64,000 nt of DNA from a virus. Its lineage: Duplodnaviria > Caudoviricetes. The DNA is taken from IMG/VR virus record IMGVR_UViG_2974791771_000001, positions 1 to 64,000 of that record. One strand, written 5' to 3'. Numbering within the stretch: position 1 is the stretch's first letter; each line of letters opens with the position of its first letter. Positions 9,347-18,900 of this stretch are shown here, piece by piece. Both the position numbers and the translations under genes were made by a program. A model generated the notes under the pieces. The model was given only the letters and a program-made list of their open reading frames with translations, was not told where the DNA came from and searched no databases.

Positions 9347-9976
9347 TTGACTGTTCCCGATTTTGATCCGTCTGCCGTTGTTACGCCTGAAGCGCCTGCG
9401 ATTGTTCCGGCAACACCTGCTGCTCCGGAAGCCCCAGTTACTCCTGAGGCCCCGGCTGCCCCGAAGGCTCCGGAAGCCCCTAAGGCCGAACCGGCACCGT
9501 TCAAGCCGATTACCTCTCAGGAGGAATTCAATAAGGCGATCGGTGTGCGTATCGGGCAGGTGCAGAACCAGTACGCCGACTACGACGACCTGAAGGCCAA
9601 GGCCGAGAAGCTTGCCCAAATTGAGCAGGCTGAGCTTTCTGCCATTGAGCAGCGAGACGCCACCATTAAGGAATTGAATGACAAGCTGGCTGCCGCTGAG
9701 GCCGAGAAGCAGAAGCGCGAGTTTGAGAATTTGCGTGCACAGGTCGCTGAGGCAAAGGGAATCCCCAAGGCTCTCGCGAGCCGTTTGACCGGCACCACCC
9801 AGGCTGAGCTTGAAGCTGACGCTGATGGCCTGTTGGAGCTGTTGCCCAAGGCACCGATCCCGGTTGCCACCCCTAAGCCCACCCCTGCTGGTGGTGGGAA
9901 GCCCGCAGTTGATCCCGATGACGGCCAGGAGATTGATGTCTCGGTGGTTGATCGGTTTATCACTCGGGGTTACTGA
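9347..9976 (+). CDS. Capsid scaffolding protein
   Basis: Pro/Ala-rich N-terminus, FKPITSQEEF, YADYDDLKAKA, coiled coil. Confidence 0.85.
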   Translation: MTVPDFDPSAVVTPEAPAIVPATPAAPEAPVTPEAPAAPKAPEAPKAEPAPFKPITSQEEFNKAIGVRIGQVQNQYADYDDLKAKAEKLAQIEQAELSAIEQRDATIKELNDKLAAAEAEKQKREFENLRAQVAEAKGIPKALASRLTGTTQAELEADADGLLELLPKAPIPVATPKPTPAGGGKPAVDPDDGQEIDVSVVDRFITRGY

Positions 9977-10005
9977 CCCTTTCCTTTTAGAAGATTGGAA
10001 ACCAA

Positions 10006-10953
10006 ATGACTTTTAACGCAGTCAAGGTTGAGAAGCTTGCCAACTACAGTCTGAACTTGCTTCAGCGGAGCATTGTTCTGCCGTCCACCATTACCGTCAA
10101 GAGCGGTGAAGAGTTCCGTGGCGCGCTGGGCGATGCGATTACCATCAAGATCGGTGCCCGCACCAAGGCGAAGCGGACCCTGATCCGGCCTGCGACCGAG
10201 AATGATCGCAACATCGAGTTCAGCGACATGAGCGAGCAGAAGACTCACGTCTACCTGAAGCACCGCATCTACAACGCTCAGGCGCTTGAGGATGAGAAGG
10301 CAAAGCTCGACGTTGAAGATGTCTTCACCCAGATTGTTGCCCCGCAGGTTCGTTCCGTTGCGATCGACTTCGAGAACCTGATCGCTGAAGAGATCGCGGG
10401 CGCTCCGTACAAGTTTGTTGTCCCGGTCGACCCGGACAAGACCTATCACGCTTTCGTTGAGGCGAACCGTCTGCTCGGCCAGGCGTTCATTCCTGACGAT
10501 GGCCGCACCCTGTTGGTTGGTGCGAACTTCGAGGCTGCTCTTCGGTTGAGCCCGCAGTTCATTGCCGCCAGCTCGGCTGGTGACGCGATTGCTTCGAGCC
10601 TGTTGGCCCGCGCTTCGCTCGGCACCATCAACGGCTACAACGTTGTGAAGTCGTACGCCCTCCCGGCGAATGAGGCTTACATCATCCACCGCAGTGCTTT
10701 CTCTGCTGCGTGGCTGGCTCCGGTTGTCCCCGATGGTGCGAGCTGGGGTAAGTCGATCGGTGCTGAGGGTGGCCTTTCGCTGACCTGGTTGAAGGATTAC
10801 GACTTCTCGAAGGGCCGCGACCGTTCGCTGGTTCACGTTTACGCGGGTACCAACACCACGATCGATGAGCCGGACGTGAACGCCGACAACGAGGTTGTCG
10901 CTGAGGGTGGATTCCTTCGTGGCGCGAAGCTGGTTCTTCCGGACCCTAGCTGA
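10006..10953 (+). CDS. Major capsid protein
   Basis: Position after the scaffold; size and HK97-like character. Confidence 0.9.
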   Translation: MTFNAVKVEKLANYSLNLLQRSIVLPSTITVKSGEEFRGALGDAITIKIGARTKAKRTLIRPATENDRNIEFSDMSEQKTHVYLKHRIYNAQALEDEKAKLDVEDVFTQIVAPQVRSVAIDFENLIAEEIAGAPYKFVVPVDPDKTYHAFVEANRLLGQAFIPDDGRTLLVGANFEAALRLSPQFIAASSAGDAIASSLLARASLGTINGYNVVKSYALPANEAYIIHRSAFSAAWLAPVVPDGASWGKSIGAEGGLSLTWLKDYDFSKGRDRSLVHVYAGTNTTIDEPDVNADNEVVAEGGFLRGAKLVLPDPS

Positions 10954-10975
10954 TCCCAGATAGGGGCGATCTGAA

Positions 10976-11446
10976 ATGGAAGCTTTAGCAACTGTTGACA
11001 GGCTCGCCACTCGATTGGGTATCGAACTCCCCACTGGTTCAACTGATCGTGCACGGGCTGAGGAATGCCTTTGGTCTGCCTCAACCCGTGCACGTGTTGT
11101 TGCTGAACGAGATTGGGCGGCTCCGACTGATCCGCTTGACCCGGATGGGCCTGTTCCTGAGTATGTGATTGACGTTGTCCTTGCTGCCGCGATGCGCTTG
11201 TACAGGAATCCTGACCGCTTCATGGTCAACCAGGCTGGCTCTTTCCAGGCGACTCTTCCGCAGTCCGATTTCGCTGCTGGTGACATTTTCCTTCGCGCCG
11301 AGGTGGCGTTGCTTGAGAAGGCTCGTCCTCGTGCACGGTCGTTGTGGACGATTCAGCAGACGCGTGAGGATGCGCTGGGGCCGGCGTCGAGTGTGTGGGG
11401 TTATCCGCCTGTTGGCGAACCGATGCCCGTGTTTGGGGATGACTGA
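10976..11446 (+). CDS. Head-to-tail adaptor
   Basis: Synteny; RLYRNP motif. Confidence 0.8.
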   Translation: MEALATVDRLATRLGIELPTGSTDRARAEECLWSASTRARVVAERDWAAPTDPLDPDGPVPEYVIDVVLAAAMRLYRNPDRFMVNQAGSFQATLPQSDFAAGDIFLRAEVALLEKARPRARSLWTIQQTREDALGPASSVWGYPPVGEPMPVFGDD

Positions 11447-11781
11447 TGAATCTTCTGTTCAATGGCGCTGATGCGAGCACGATTACTGTGCTTCGCCGGG
11501 GTATGCGCGACGAGTTTGGCGATCCGATTGGTGACGAGTTCTCGGACTCGCACACGATCCGGAATGTGTTGATCGATTATGAGACTACGACTAGCGATCG
11601 TGACCGGCGCGAGGAATATACGGTGCGCGGCACGCTAAGAATGCCTATCGGGTCTGATGTCCTTCCCACTGATCGTGTCGAGTTGCCTGATGGTGAGCGG
11701 GTTGTTGTTGAGGGCAAGCCGTTTATTGCGCGTCTTGGTTTCGCGTCGGGTATGGCGGTGAGGTTCAAGGGGGTCCGCTGA
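11446..11781 (+). CDS. Head-to-tail stopper
   Basis: Synteny; DEFGDP, LPTDRV motifs. Confidence 0.75.
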   Translation: MNLLFNGADASTITVLRRGMRDEFGDPIGDEFSDSHTIRNVLIDYETTTSDRDRREEYTVRGTLRMPIGSDVLPTDRVELPDGERVVVEGKPFIARLGFASGMAVRFKGVR

Positions 11782-12206
11782 TGGCTGGCTCTGTTCGTGT
11801 GACTGGTGCTGCGACTCGGGCGACTGGGCAGCGGATGCACAACATTCGTGTTCCGGAGCCGAATAGGGCGGTTGCGGCGGTTTTGGTGTCGAGTCGTATG
11901 CGGCAGGAGATGTCGCTGTTGGCGATGAAGGCTCGTGCACTGTATGCGGGCTCTGTGCCGAAGCGTACGGGCCGTTTGGCTTCGTCTGCTGTGTCGGGTA
12001 CCGCGATGCTGAATATCGCTCGACAGGACCGCTGGATGGGTTTTGTGCGGGTCACTGCGCCGTATTCGGTGTGGAACGAAATGGGCGCTGGCCCGCGCCG
12101 GCCTGGCGGCAAACTTCCGCGAGCTACGGGGAAACGCCCGATGTTCGGCTCGTTTGGTGGCTCTTTCACCTTCAACAAGGTGACCTCTCAACTGAAAGCG
12201 ATTTAG
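11781..12206 (+). CDS. Neck/tail completion protein (HK97 gp10-like)
   Basis: Basic protein; PKRTGRLASS motif. Confidence 0.7.
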   Translation: MAGSVRVTGAATRATGQRMHNIRVPEPNRAVAAVLVSSRMRQEMSLLAMKARALYAGSVPKRTGRLASSAVSGTAMLNIARQDRWMGFVRVTAPYSVWNEMGAGPRRPGGKLPRATGKRPMFGSFGGSFTFNKVTSQLKAI

Positions 12207-12209
12207 CTC

Positions 12210-12704
12210 GTGCCGTTCACTTTCCCTGACTGGTATCAGGGCGGCTACGACGATGCCGAGAAGGCCGTCCAAGCCATGCTGGTGCCGTTCCTCAAACTGA
12301 TTGATCCGAAACCGTATTGGTGTGCTTATCTGCCGGACGAGTATGGCGATCAGCTACCTATTGTGTCGTCGTATCGCGTTGGCGGTGCGGCGAGTGTTAC
12401 CCAGAAGTTTCTTGATGAAGCCCATATCGAGGTGTGGGCTATCACTGAACGTCGTTCTGATTCGTGGGAGTTGCTTGAGTTTTGCAGGCAGATGCTCATG
12501 TCCTTTCAGCGCGGCGGCATTGTGGAGGATCCCGTTTCGGGCCACAAGTTCAATATCAACTCGGTGACCGAGGTTATTGGTCCTGAGTTGACTCAAATGA
12601 ATGTTCCTGACGAGCGAGCTGTTTCGGCCACGTTCGTTGTCACTACGCGCACCGAGGCAGGGTTGCCCGATTATGCGCGTATTCGCAAGCAATTGCTTGC
12701 TTGA
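12210..12704 (+). CDS. Tail terminator
   Basis: Synteny before the major tail protein. Confidence 0.75.
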   Translation: MPFTFPDWYQGGYDDAEKAVQAMLVPFLKLIDPKPYWCAYLPDEYGDQLPIVSSYRVGGAASVTQKFLDEAHIEVWAITERRSDSWELLEFCRQMLMSFQRGGIVEDPVSGHKFNINSVTEVIGPELTQMNVPDERAVSATFVVTTRTEAGLPDYARIRKQLLA

Positions 12705-12720
12705 ATGAAAGGGCCGAATT

Positions 12721-13380
12721 ATGGCTGATGGCATTTTCTCGTTCAAGGAAAAGAACGACGACCTTGTTGTGATGGCGCGCGATGCCGCCGTTATCGCAAC
12801 CCCTTATGGTGTGGGCGCTGTCCCCACCAAGTTGACTGGTGTTGGTGGCAGCCTGATTACGTTGCCGACCAACTGGCTGTCCTTCGGTGAGTTGGATCAG
12901 CAGGCCGGTATCACGATCACCCCCGATCAGTCGACTGCGGATGTCCGTGGCTACGGCTCGATGGGTCCGCGTCGTGTTGTGAAGACTGAAGAGTCGGTGA
13001 CCCTTGGGTTCTCGCCTCAGGAGTCGCGCAATCTCGCCGTGTCGGCCTTCTGGGGCCTGGATATGGAAGACCTGGTTGCTGACGCCAATGGCGAATGGCA
13101 GGCGAAGAAGAGCTACGCGTCGAGCCTTCAGTACTGGTCGCTGATTCTGCTCTCGGCTGACGAGAACAAGTACGGCGATGTCTACAACTACTGGATCTTC
13201 CCGAAGGTCTCGGTTACGCAGACTGACGCGATCTCGCTGGCGACCGATTCGGCGATGGTTTACCCGCTGACCTTCACCGCGTTTGAGGATGCCGAGTACG
13301 GCGGATTCATGGCGATGGGTGCGGGTGGTCCGGGCCAGGCGGCTGTCAATGTCGCGGCTGGGTTCGCTGAGGGTTCTTGA
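12721..13380 (+). CDS. Major tail (tube) protein
   Basis: Synteny; LGELDQQAGITI, FPKVSVT motifs. Confidence 0.85.
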   Translation: MADGIFSFKEKNDDLVVMARDAAVIATPYGVGAVPTKLTGVGGSLITLPTNWLSFGELDQQAGITITPDQSTADVRGYGSMGPRRVVKTEESVTLGFSPQESRNLAVSAFWGLDMEDLVADANGEWQAKKSYASSLQYWSLILLSADENKYGDVYNYWIFPKVSVTQTDAISLATDSAMVYPLTFTAFEDAEYGGFMAMGAGGPGQAAVNVAAGFAEGS

Positions 13381-13387
13381 TGACCAC

Positions 13388-13418
13388 GGTGCCGGGGGAC
13401 TTCTTGTTCCCCGGCACC
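13388..13418 (+). terminator. GC-rich hairpin after the major tail gene
   Basis: GGTGCCGGGG/CCCCGGCACC 10-bp stem; no U tract. Confidence 0.45.
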
Positions 13419-13449
13419 TCCGTCTACCCGGCTTAATGGAGGTTGATTG

Positions 13450-14688
13450 ATGGCACGCTATAACCCCAATGCTTGGGTGAACGGTCGGCAGGGTGGCACA
13501 CCAATCACTGCCGAGAAGTTGAATCGGCTGGAAGAGGCTGTTGCAGATGCCTCGTTCAATCCAAAGCCGATCGTCATCTCTACACGATCCAAGACTGGCA
13601 ACCTACGCCAGGCCACATCCTCTGCGGCGTCACTGTCTGCGGGCACCACTACCGCGCATAGCACCCGCCTTCGGCACTTCGCGACCGCGAACGCCCACTC
13701 AATCCAGATTGTCTACGGCAACATTGCAATGGGCGAGCCTGGGCCAAACCCGATCACAGTCAAGTCCGCATTCGAATATGCGGCTGGCGCTGTCGTTCCT
13801 GCGTTCTTCAACGGCGCTCGCACGGCCACCGATCAACCGGGCGGAATCCTCGTCACGGACGCGATCCCCGCCGAGGTTGCACCAGGGACATTCTTCCGCA
13901 CGCGGCAGATGGTCTCGGTGTCGACGGTAGGCGAGAAGTGGCCGATTGGTGCACTCATAAACACTTCGGTTGGTGATGGCGGCGCGGCCACGGATACCGT
14001 TGATGGCGGGAACATGCCTGACAACAACGGCGCAGGCGTCTTCTGTCCGACTGCGGTCATTGGTGTCCCCTATGAGCCCACTGCGGCGCTTTACATCCTG
14101 GGTGATTCGATCATGCAGGGTGTGGGCGACACGGGCGGCGAGCCAGCCACGGACGCGGGTTGGGTGTGCCGCGCCCTGAATAGCCAGTACGGCTACATCA
14201 ACGCATCGCGGGCGGGCGAGACTGCCGAACAGTTTGCCCCTGGCAATGCGCGGCGTCTTGGACGATTGCAGCTTGCCCAGTACTGCACCCACGCACTAGT
14301 GGGTCACGGAGTGAACGACATCAAGGCGGATGTCACTCTCGCGCAGCTTCAGGCTCGTTTGCTGTCGATGTGGAACACACTAGATCGCATGGGCTTGAAG
14401 GTTTATCAGTCCACGATCACGCCTGTCACGACTGGAACCTTCTCCACGCCGGAGGGTCAGGTTAAGCAGTCTGCTGCGCGCGAGGCGGTGCGCCTTGGCA
14501 TTAATGACTGGATTCGCTCTACCCCTGGCCCACTTTCGGGCTATGTGGAGGCTGCGGATTCGGTGGAGACCGCTCGCGGTTCCGGCACTTGGAAGAACGA
14601 TTTGACAGCGGACGGTACACATCCGAACGCTGCGGGTGCAGCCGCTATGGCAGCGGGCTGGAACCCATCTGTAACACTCGCGCTCTGA
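13450..14688 (+). CDS. SGNH/GDSL hydrolase (esterase) with virion-type N-terminus
   Basis: Blocks GDSIMQG, GET, GHGVND and DGTHPN. Confidence 0.85.
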   Translation: MARYNPNAWVNGRQGGTPITAEKLNRLEEAVADASFNPKPIVISTRSKTGNLRQATSSAASLSAGTTTAHSTRLRHFATANAHSIQIVYGNIAMGEPGPNPITVKSAFEYAAGAVVPAFFNGARTATDQPGGILVTDAIPAEVAPGTFFRTRQMVSVSTVGEKWPIGALINTSVGDGGAATDTVDGGNMPDNNGAGVFCPTAVIGVPYEPTAALYILGDSIMQGVGDTGGEPATDAGWVCRALNSQYGYINASRAGETAEQFAPGNARRLGRLQLAQYCTHALVGHGVNDIKADVTLAQLQARLLSMWNTLDRMGLKVYQSTITPVTTGTFSTPEGQVKQSAAREAVRLGINDWIRSTPGPLSGYVEAADSVETARGSGTWKNDLTADGTHPNAAGAAAMAAGWNPSVTLAL

Positions 14689-14784
14689 TTGGCGCGAATC
14701 AAAAGCAAGCAACCATCTAGGAGTAGCACTCTCACGACGTTACTCCTGGGTGGTTGCTTTCTATCTATAGGAGCATTCCCTCTC

Positions 14785-15084
14785 ATGGCTACCGCAAAGA
14801 AGCCGACCGGGATCTTTTACGACCTCAAGTCTGAGGTCTCGATTCCCGACGACATCCAAGTCACCCCGACCATCGCGCTCACGTTCCCAACGAAGAAGCA
14901 GATGGATGAATATCGGGACGCGACAACCCCTGACGACGCGCACGCTGCACTGTTTGGTGCTGAGACGTTCGCGAAGCTCAAAGAACTGTTCGATGGAGAG
15001 CCGCCCCAGTTGTGGCTTGGTTTCGTCAAGCACGTGAACGAGCACTGGTTCGGCAAGGGGGCCGATGAAGTAGAGGGAAAATAG
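14785..15084 (+). CDS. Tail assembly chaperone (gpG-like)
   Basis: Ends in the G GGA AAA slippery site. Confidence 0.85.
   Translation: MATAKKPTGIFYDLKSEVSIPDDIQVTPTIALTFPTKKQMDEYRDATTPDDAHAALFGAETFAKLKELFDGEPPQLWLGFVKHVNEHWFGKGADEVEGK
15075..15081 (+). promoter_or_regulatory. -1 programmed ribosomal frameshift site GGGAAAA
   Basis: The -1 frame (GGG AAA ATA GCG GGC CTT CTT ACC ATG) runs open into ORF 15099..15572. Confidence 0.9.
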
Positions 15085-15098
15085 CGGGCCTTCTTACC

Positions 15099-15572
15099 AT
15101 GATCGACAAGCATTGGGGCGAGCTTGAGTGGGACTTTCAAACCATTCTCAACTTGCGCGCAATGGACTGGATCGAGGGTAAGAAGGATTGGCGTGAGTTT
15201 TACCGCCTGAAGTCGCGGCTCGGTATGGGGACCGAGTATTTCTCCGCAGTTGTCAATGATCCCGAAATTGCTCAGGTGATGGCCGATCAGCTAGAGGCTG
15301 ACCCGGAACGCCGTAAGGGGCCGACGAATCCGCCGGCCGCTGGCTGGTTCCCGTGGAAAGACGATATGGCTGACATCAAGGATCACCTGATTGCTCTCCG
15401 TGCTGTGACTGCGGGGGCTAAGTCGCACGAGGTGCAGTTTACGAAGCGCCCCGTGTTTGAGGTTGAACGTATTCGACGGCAGAAGGCCGTCAAGCGGCTC
15501 CGTAAAGCAACGTCGATGTTGCTGCCGCATCAGAACATCAACGTATTCGATTTTGAGAAGAAGGATAAGTAA
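15099..15572 (+). CDS. Tail assembly chaperone frameshift extension (gpT-like)
   Basis: In the -1 frame of the slippery site. Confidence 0.85.
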   Translation: MIDKHWGELEWDFQTILNLRAMDWIEGKKDWREFYRLKSRLGMGTEYFSAVVNDPEIAQVMADQLEADPERRKGPTNPPAAGWFPWKDDMADIKDHLIALRAVTAGAKSHEVQFTKRPVFEVERIRRQKAVKRLRKATSMLLPHQNINVFDFEKKDK

Positions 15573-15577
15573 TCCAA

Positions 15578-15946
15578 ATGGCTACCAAGAACACCGCTCC
15601 CCTGTCGCTCGTTGAGAAGCTTCGTGAGGATTCGCCGGAACTGTTCGGTGGTGTGCAGTTCACGCCTGAGATTTTCATCCCGTACCCGACTAAGAAGGTT
15701 TGCCAGCAGATTGTTGACGCCAAGTCGGATGAAGAGATTGCTGAGCTGATGCTTGGCGATCAGATTGACGCGATTGACGAAGTGTTGGCTGAGCTGCCGA
15801 TTGGGGCGGCTGTGAATGCGTTGGCCGCGCTGATTGTGGCTTTGAAGGCAGGGATCCCGGATGTCGAAGGTTCGTTCAAGAACGCGGGCATCTCGGATGA
15901 GGACTTGGAGGCGATGTTCGCCGACAAGCTTTCTACCAAGGAATGA
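15578..15946 (+). CDS. Second gpG-like chaperone paralog
   Basis: QFTPEIFIPYPTKKVCQQIVDA versus QVTPTIALTFPTKKQMDEYRDA in 14785..15084. Confidence 0.7.
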   Translation: MATKNTAPLSLVEKLREDSPELFGGVQFTPEIFIPYPTKKVCQQIVDAKSDEEIAELMLGDQIDAIDEVLAELPIGAAVNALAALIVALKAGIPDVEGSFKNAGISDEDLEAMFADKLSTKE

Positions 15947-15969
15947 TGTGAAGGATGGGGTGATCCCGA

Positions 15970-18900
15970 ATGGCTGCTAACGCTCGGAAGGTTATTGGCG
16001 ATGCGCTTCTGCGGATCTCCCCGTCCACCCTTCAGTTCAAGGAAAAAGCTGAAGCTGCGCTTGAGAAGATTCAGATCACGAAAGAGGTCACTCTTCTCGT
16101 TGATACGAAGGTTTTCAAGGCGCGTGTCAAAGAGGCTTTGCGTGAGGTCGATAAGGAACTCACGGTTGATCTGGGTGTGCGTACTTCTGCCGCGACTTCG
16201 CGGATCCGGGAGTGGCGTGAGCGCCAAGAGGCTGCTGACATCCAGATTGATGTCGACGCCGATACAGCTAAGGGTAAGGCTGAGATCACTCAGCTCCGCG
16301 AGTCTGAAGAGCACAACGACATTGAGATTGGTGTCGATGCTGATACTCGCAAGGCCCGCAATGAGATCGATGATCTGAAGTACCAGTTCCGTGTCGTCCA
16401 GGGCTTCTCTGGCATGACGCTGTTCAATCTGGCGAATATCTCGATGGCCGCTACTGGCATCGCTGGCATCGTCGGGTTGTTGGGTGGCGTGGTTGCTGGT
16501 GCTGCTGCTGCCGCTACGGCTTTGGGCGCTATGGGTGGCGCTGTCGCTATCGGTAGCTCGGGCATCTTCAATGTGTTCTCTGAGTTGCAGGCCGATAAGA
16601 AGGCTGCGGCGACTCAGGATCCGTCGAAGGATGCGAAGAAGGTCACGGATGCCCTTCGTGAGCAGCGTGAGGCGTATCAGCGTGTTGCTGATGCTCAGCA
16701 GAATTTGCGGAACGCGTCTGAGGATTTGGCGTCCGATCAGGACAGGTTGCGTGAGGCGACTCGGGATGCGACTCGTGAGATTCGCGATCAGCGTTTGGAG
16801 TTGGAAGAGACGGGCCAGTCTCAGGAGCGTGCGGCGATCTCGGTTGCTCGTGCTCGTGAGCGCCTGTCTCAGGTCCGTTACGACTATTCGGTGGGCAAGG
16901 CGTCCCGGCTGGATGTGCAGGATGCTGCTCTATCGGTTCGGGAGTCGGAGACTCGGCTCGCGGCGGCGCAGAATCGTAACGATGATGTGCGCGAGCAGGC
17001 CAATCAGGTTTATGCGAATGGCGTGCAGAAGAACCCGCGTGTGGTTGAGGCTCGCCGGGATGTGCAGCGTAGTCGGCAGAATGTGGGGCGTGCTCAGCGT
17101 GAGTTGAGTGACGCGAACACTGATGCGAAGGCTGTGCAGGCGAATGCTGGTGCGGCGGCGGATAAGACTTCTCGTTTCGATGAGGCGATGAAGAAGCTTT
17201 CCCCGAATGCTCAGCAGTTTGTGCGGGATGTGCGGTCGCTGGGTGGTGCGTGGCGTGAGCTTCGCATGTCGGTGCAGGACACGTTGTTTGATGGCTTGGG
17301 GTCGAGCGTTAAGACGTTGGCCGACAATCAGTTGCCTGGCCTTCGGGCCGGAATGCTGTTGACGGCGGGTGTCGCTAACAATCAGCTCAAGAAGTCGATG
17401 GATGTTCTGGATTCGACTTTCAGCGAGTTCCAGGCTGATGGTACGGCGGGACGTTTCTGGTCTTCGATCGAGTCTCAGTTCCGCAACTTCGCGCCTGCGG
17501 TTGATGGTGTTACTCGGGCTCTGACGACTTTGAGCATCGAGTCCGGCGAGGGCGTTGGTACGTTCTTCGGCGATCTGGGTGTGTTCCTGCGTGATGGTGC
17601 GCAGATGTGGGGCGAGTTCGGCGGCCAGGCGATGGAGTCGCTTGGCAATCTGCTGCACCTGTTCAATCGTTTCTCTGAGACGATGATGCCTACGTTCCAG
17701 GCTGCGTTGCCTGCTATCGAGCAGGTTTTCGGTGCCCTGAACAAGGTGTTGGGCGATAACTCGGGCCGTCTGGCTGAGTTCATGTCGTCTATCGGTAATG
17801 CGCTGTCGCAGCTCATCATTGCTGCCGCGCCGCTGATCGTGATGATTGTCGAGCCGTTGACGATGATCCTGAATGGGATCGCAGGTCTGCCGACTCCGCT
17901 TGTCGCTGTGGGTATTGCGACTCTACTAATCACTCGCTCACTGTTGCAGGTTGTGATCGGTTTCGGCAACCTGATCGGACGCGTTGTGGCTGCCGGTCAG
18001 AGCTTCCGTAACTTGCAGACTGCGAGTCAGCGTTTCAGTCAGGGTATGCGCAATGACGTGACCCGTGCTGGTGATGGCGCGAACACTGCGATGTTCAAGT
18101 TCGGTCGGCAGTACCAGCGGATTATGACTGGGGTCCAGGAGACTTCGGTTCGTTCGTGGGGCGCTTTCCAGCGCCACGCCCAGAACGCAGCTTTGGGGGC
18201 ATCCAGGGCGGTCGGTAACGTCCGAACTGGTGTTGCTCAGCTCATCACTACGACTGATCGTGCTACGCAGGCTCAGACGCGTTTGGGCCGCGCTATGGAG
18301 GCTGCGGGACGTATGTCTCCGTGGGCTCGCATTCTGTCGATCCTGACGGTTATCGCGACGATCGCTGGCACTGTCATGATGCTGTTCGGAATGGGTGATG
18401 CTTCGGCTCAGTCCATGACGGGCACCACGACTGATGGTGTGGAGCAGATGTCTTCGGGCATCGGCAGTGCGACCGACAAAATGATGATCTTCATGTCAGT
18501 GGTCACGCTGCTGCCGATGTTGATGATGAGTGCTACGACTCGGGCTGCGATGGCTACGGCTGCCACGAACTTGTGGGCTGCGTCGGGTCGCGCTTTGGCT
18601 GCGTCGATGGCGTTCCTGGGGGCCTTGCCTGGCCGGATTGTTGCTGCGACTGTGGCGATGAAGGGTGCTGCTGCTGCGTCGAGGGCGTGGGCTGTTGTCC
18701 AGGCTGCGCTCAATGTTGTGATGTCGATGAACCCAATCGGGTTGGTGGTCATCGCGATTGCCGCTTTGGTGGCCGGCGTCATCTGGGCGTGGAACAAGTT
18801 TGAGGGCTTCCGCAATGCGGTGAAGTTCTTGTGGGAACTGTTCCTGGATACGAATCCTATTGCGCTGCTGGTCAAGGGCATCAAGTGGGTGGTCGAGAAC

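Noticed and set aside
13450-14688. Lysin B call for the SGNH protein
   Set aside because: It has an SGNH fold, not the cutinase G-x-S-x-G motif, and lies outside the lysis cassette.
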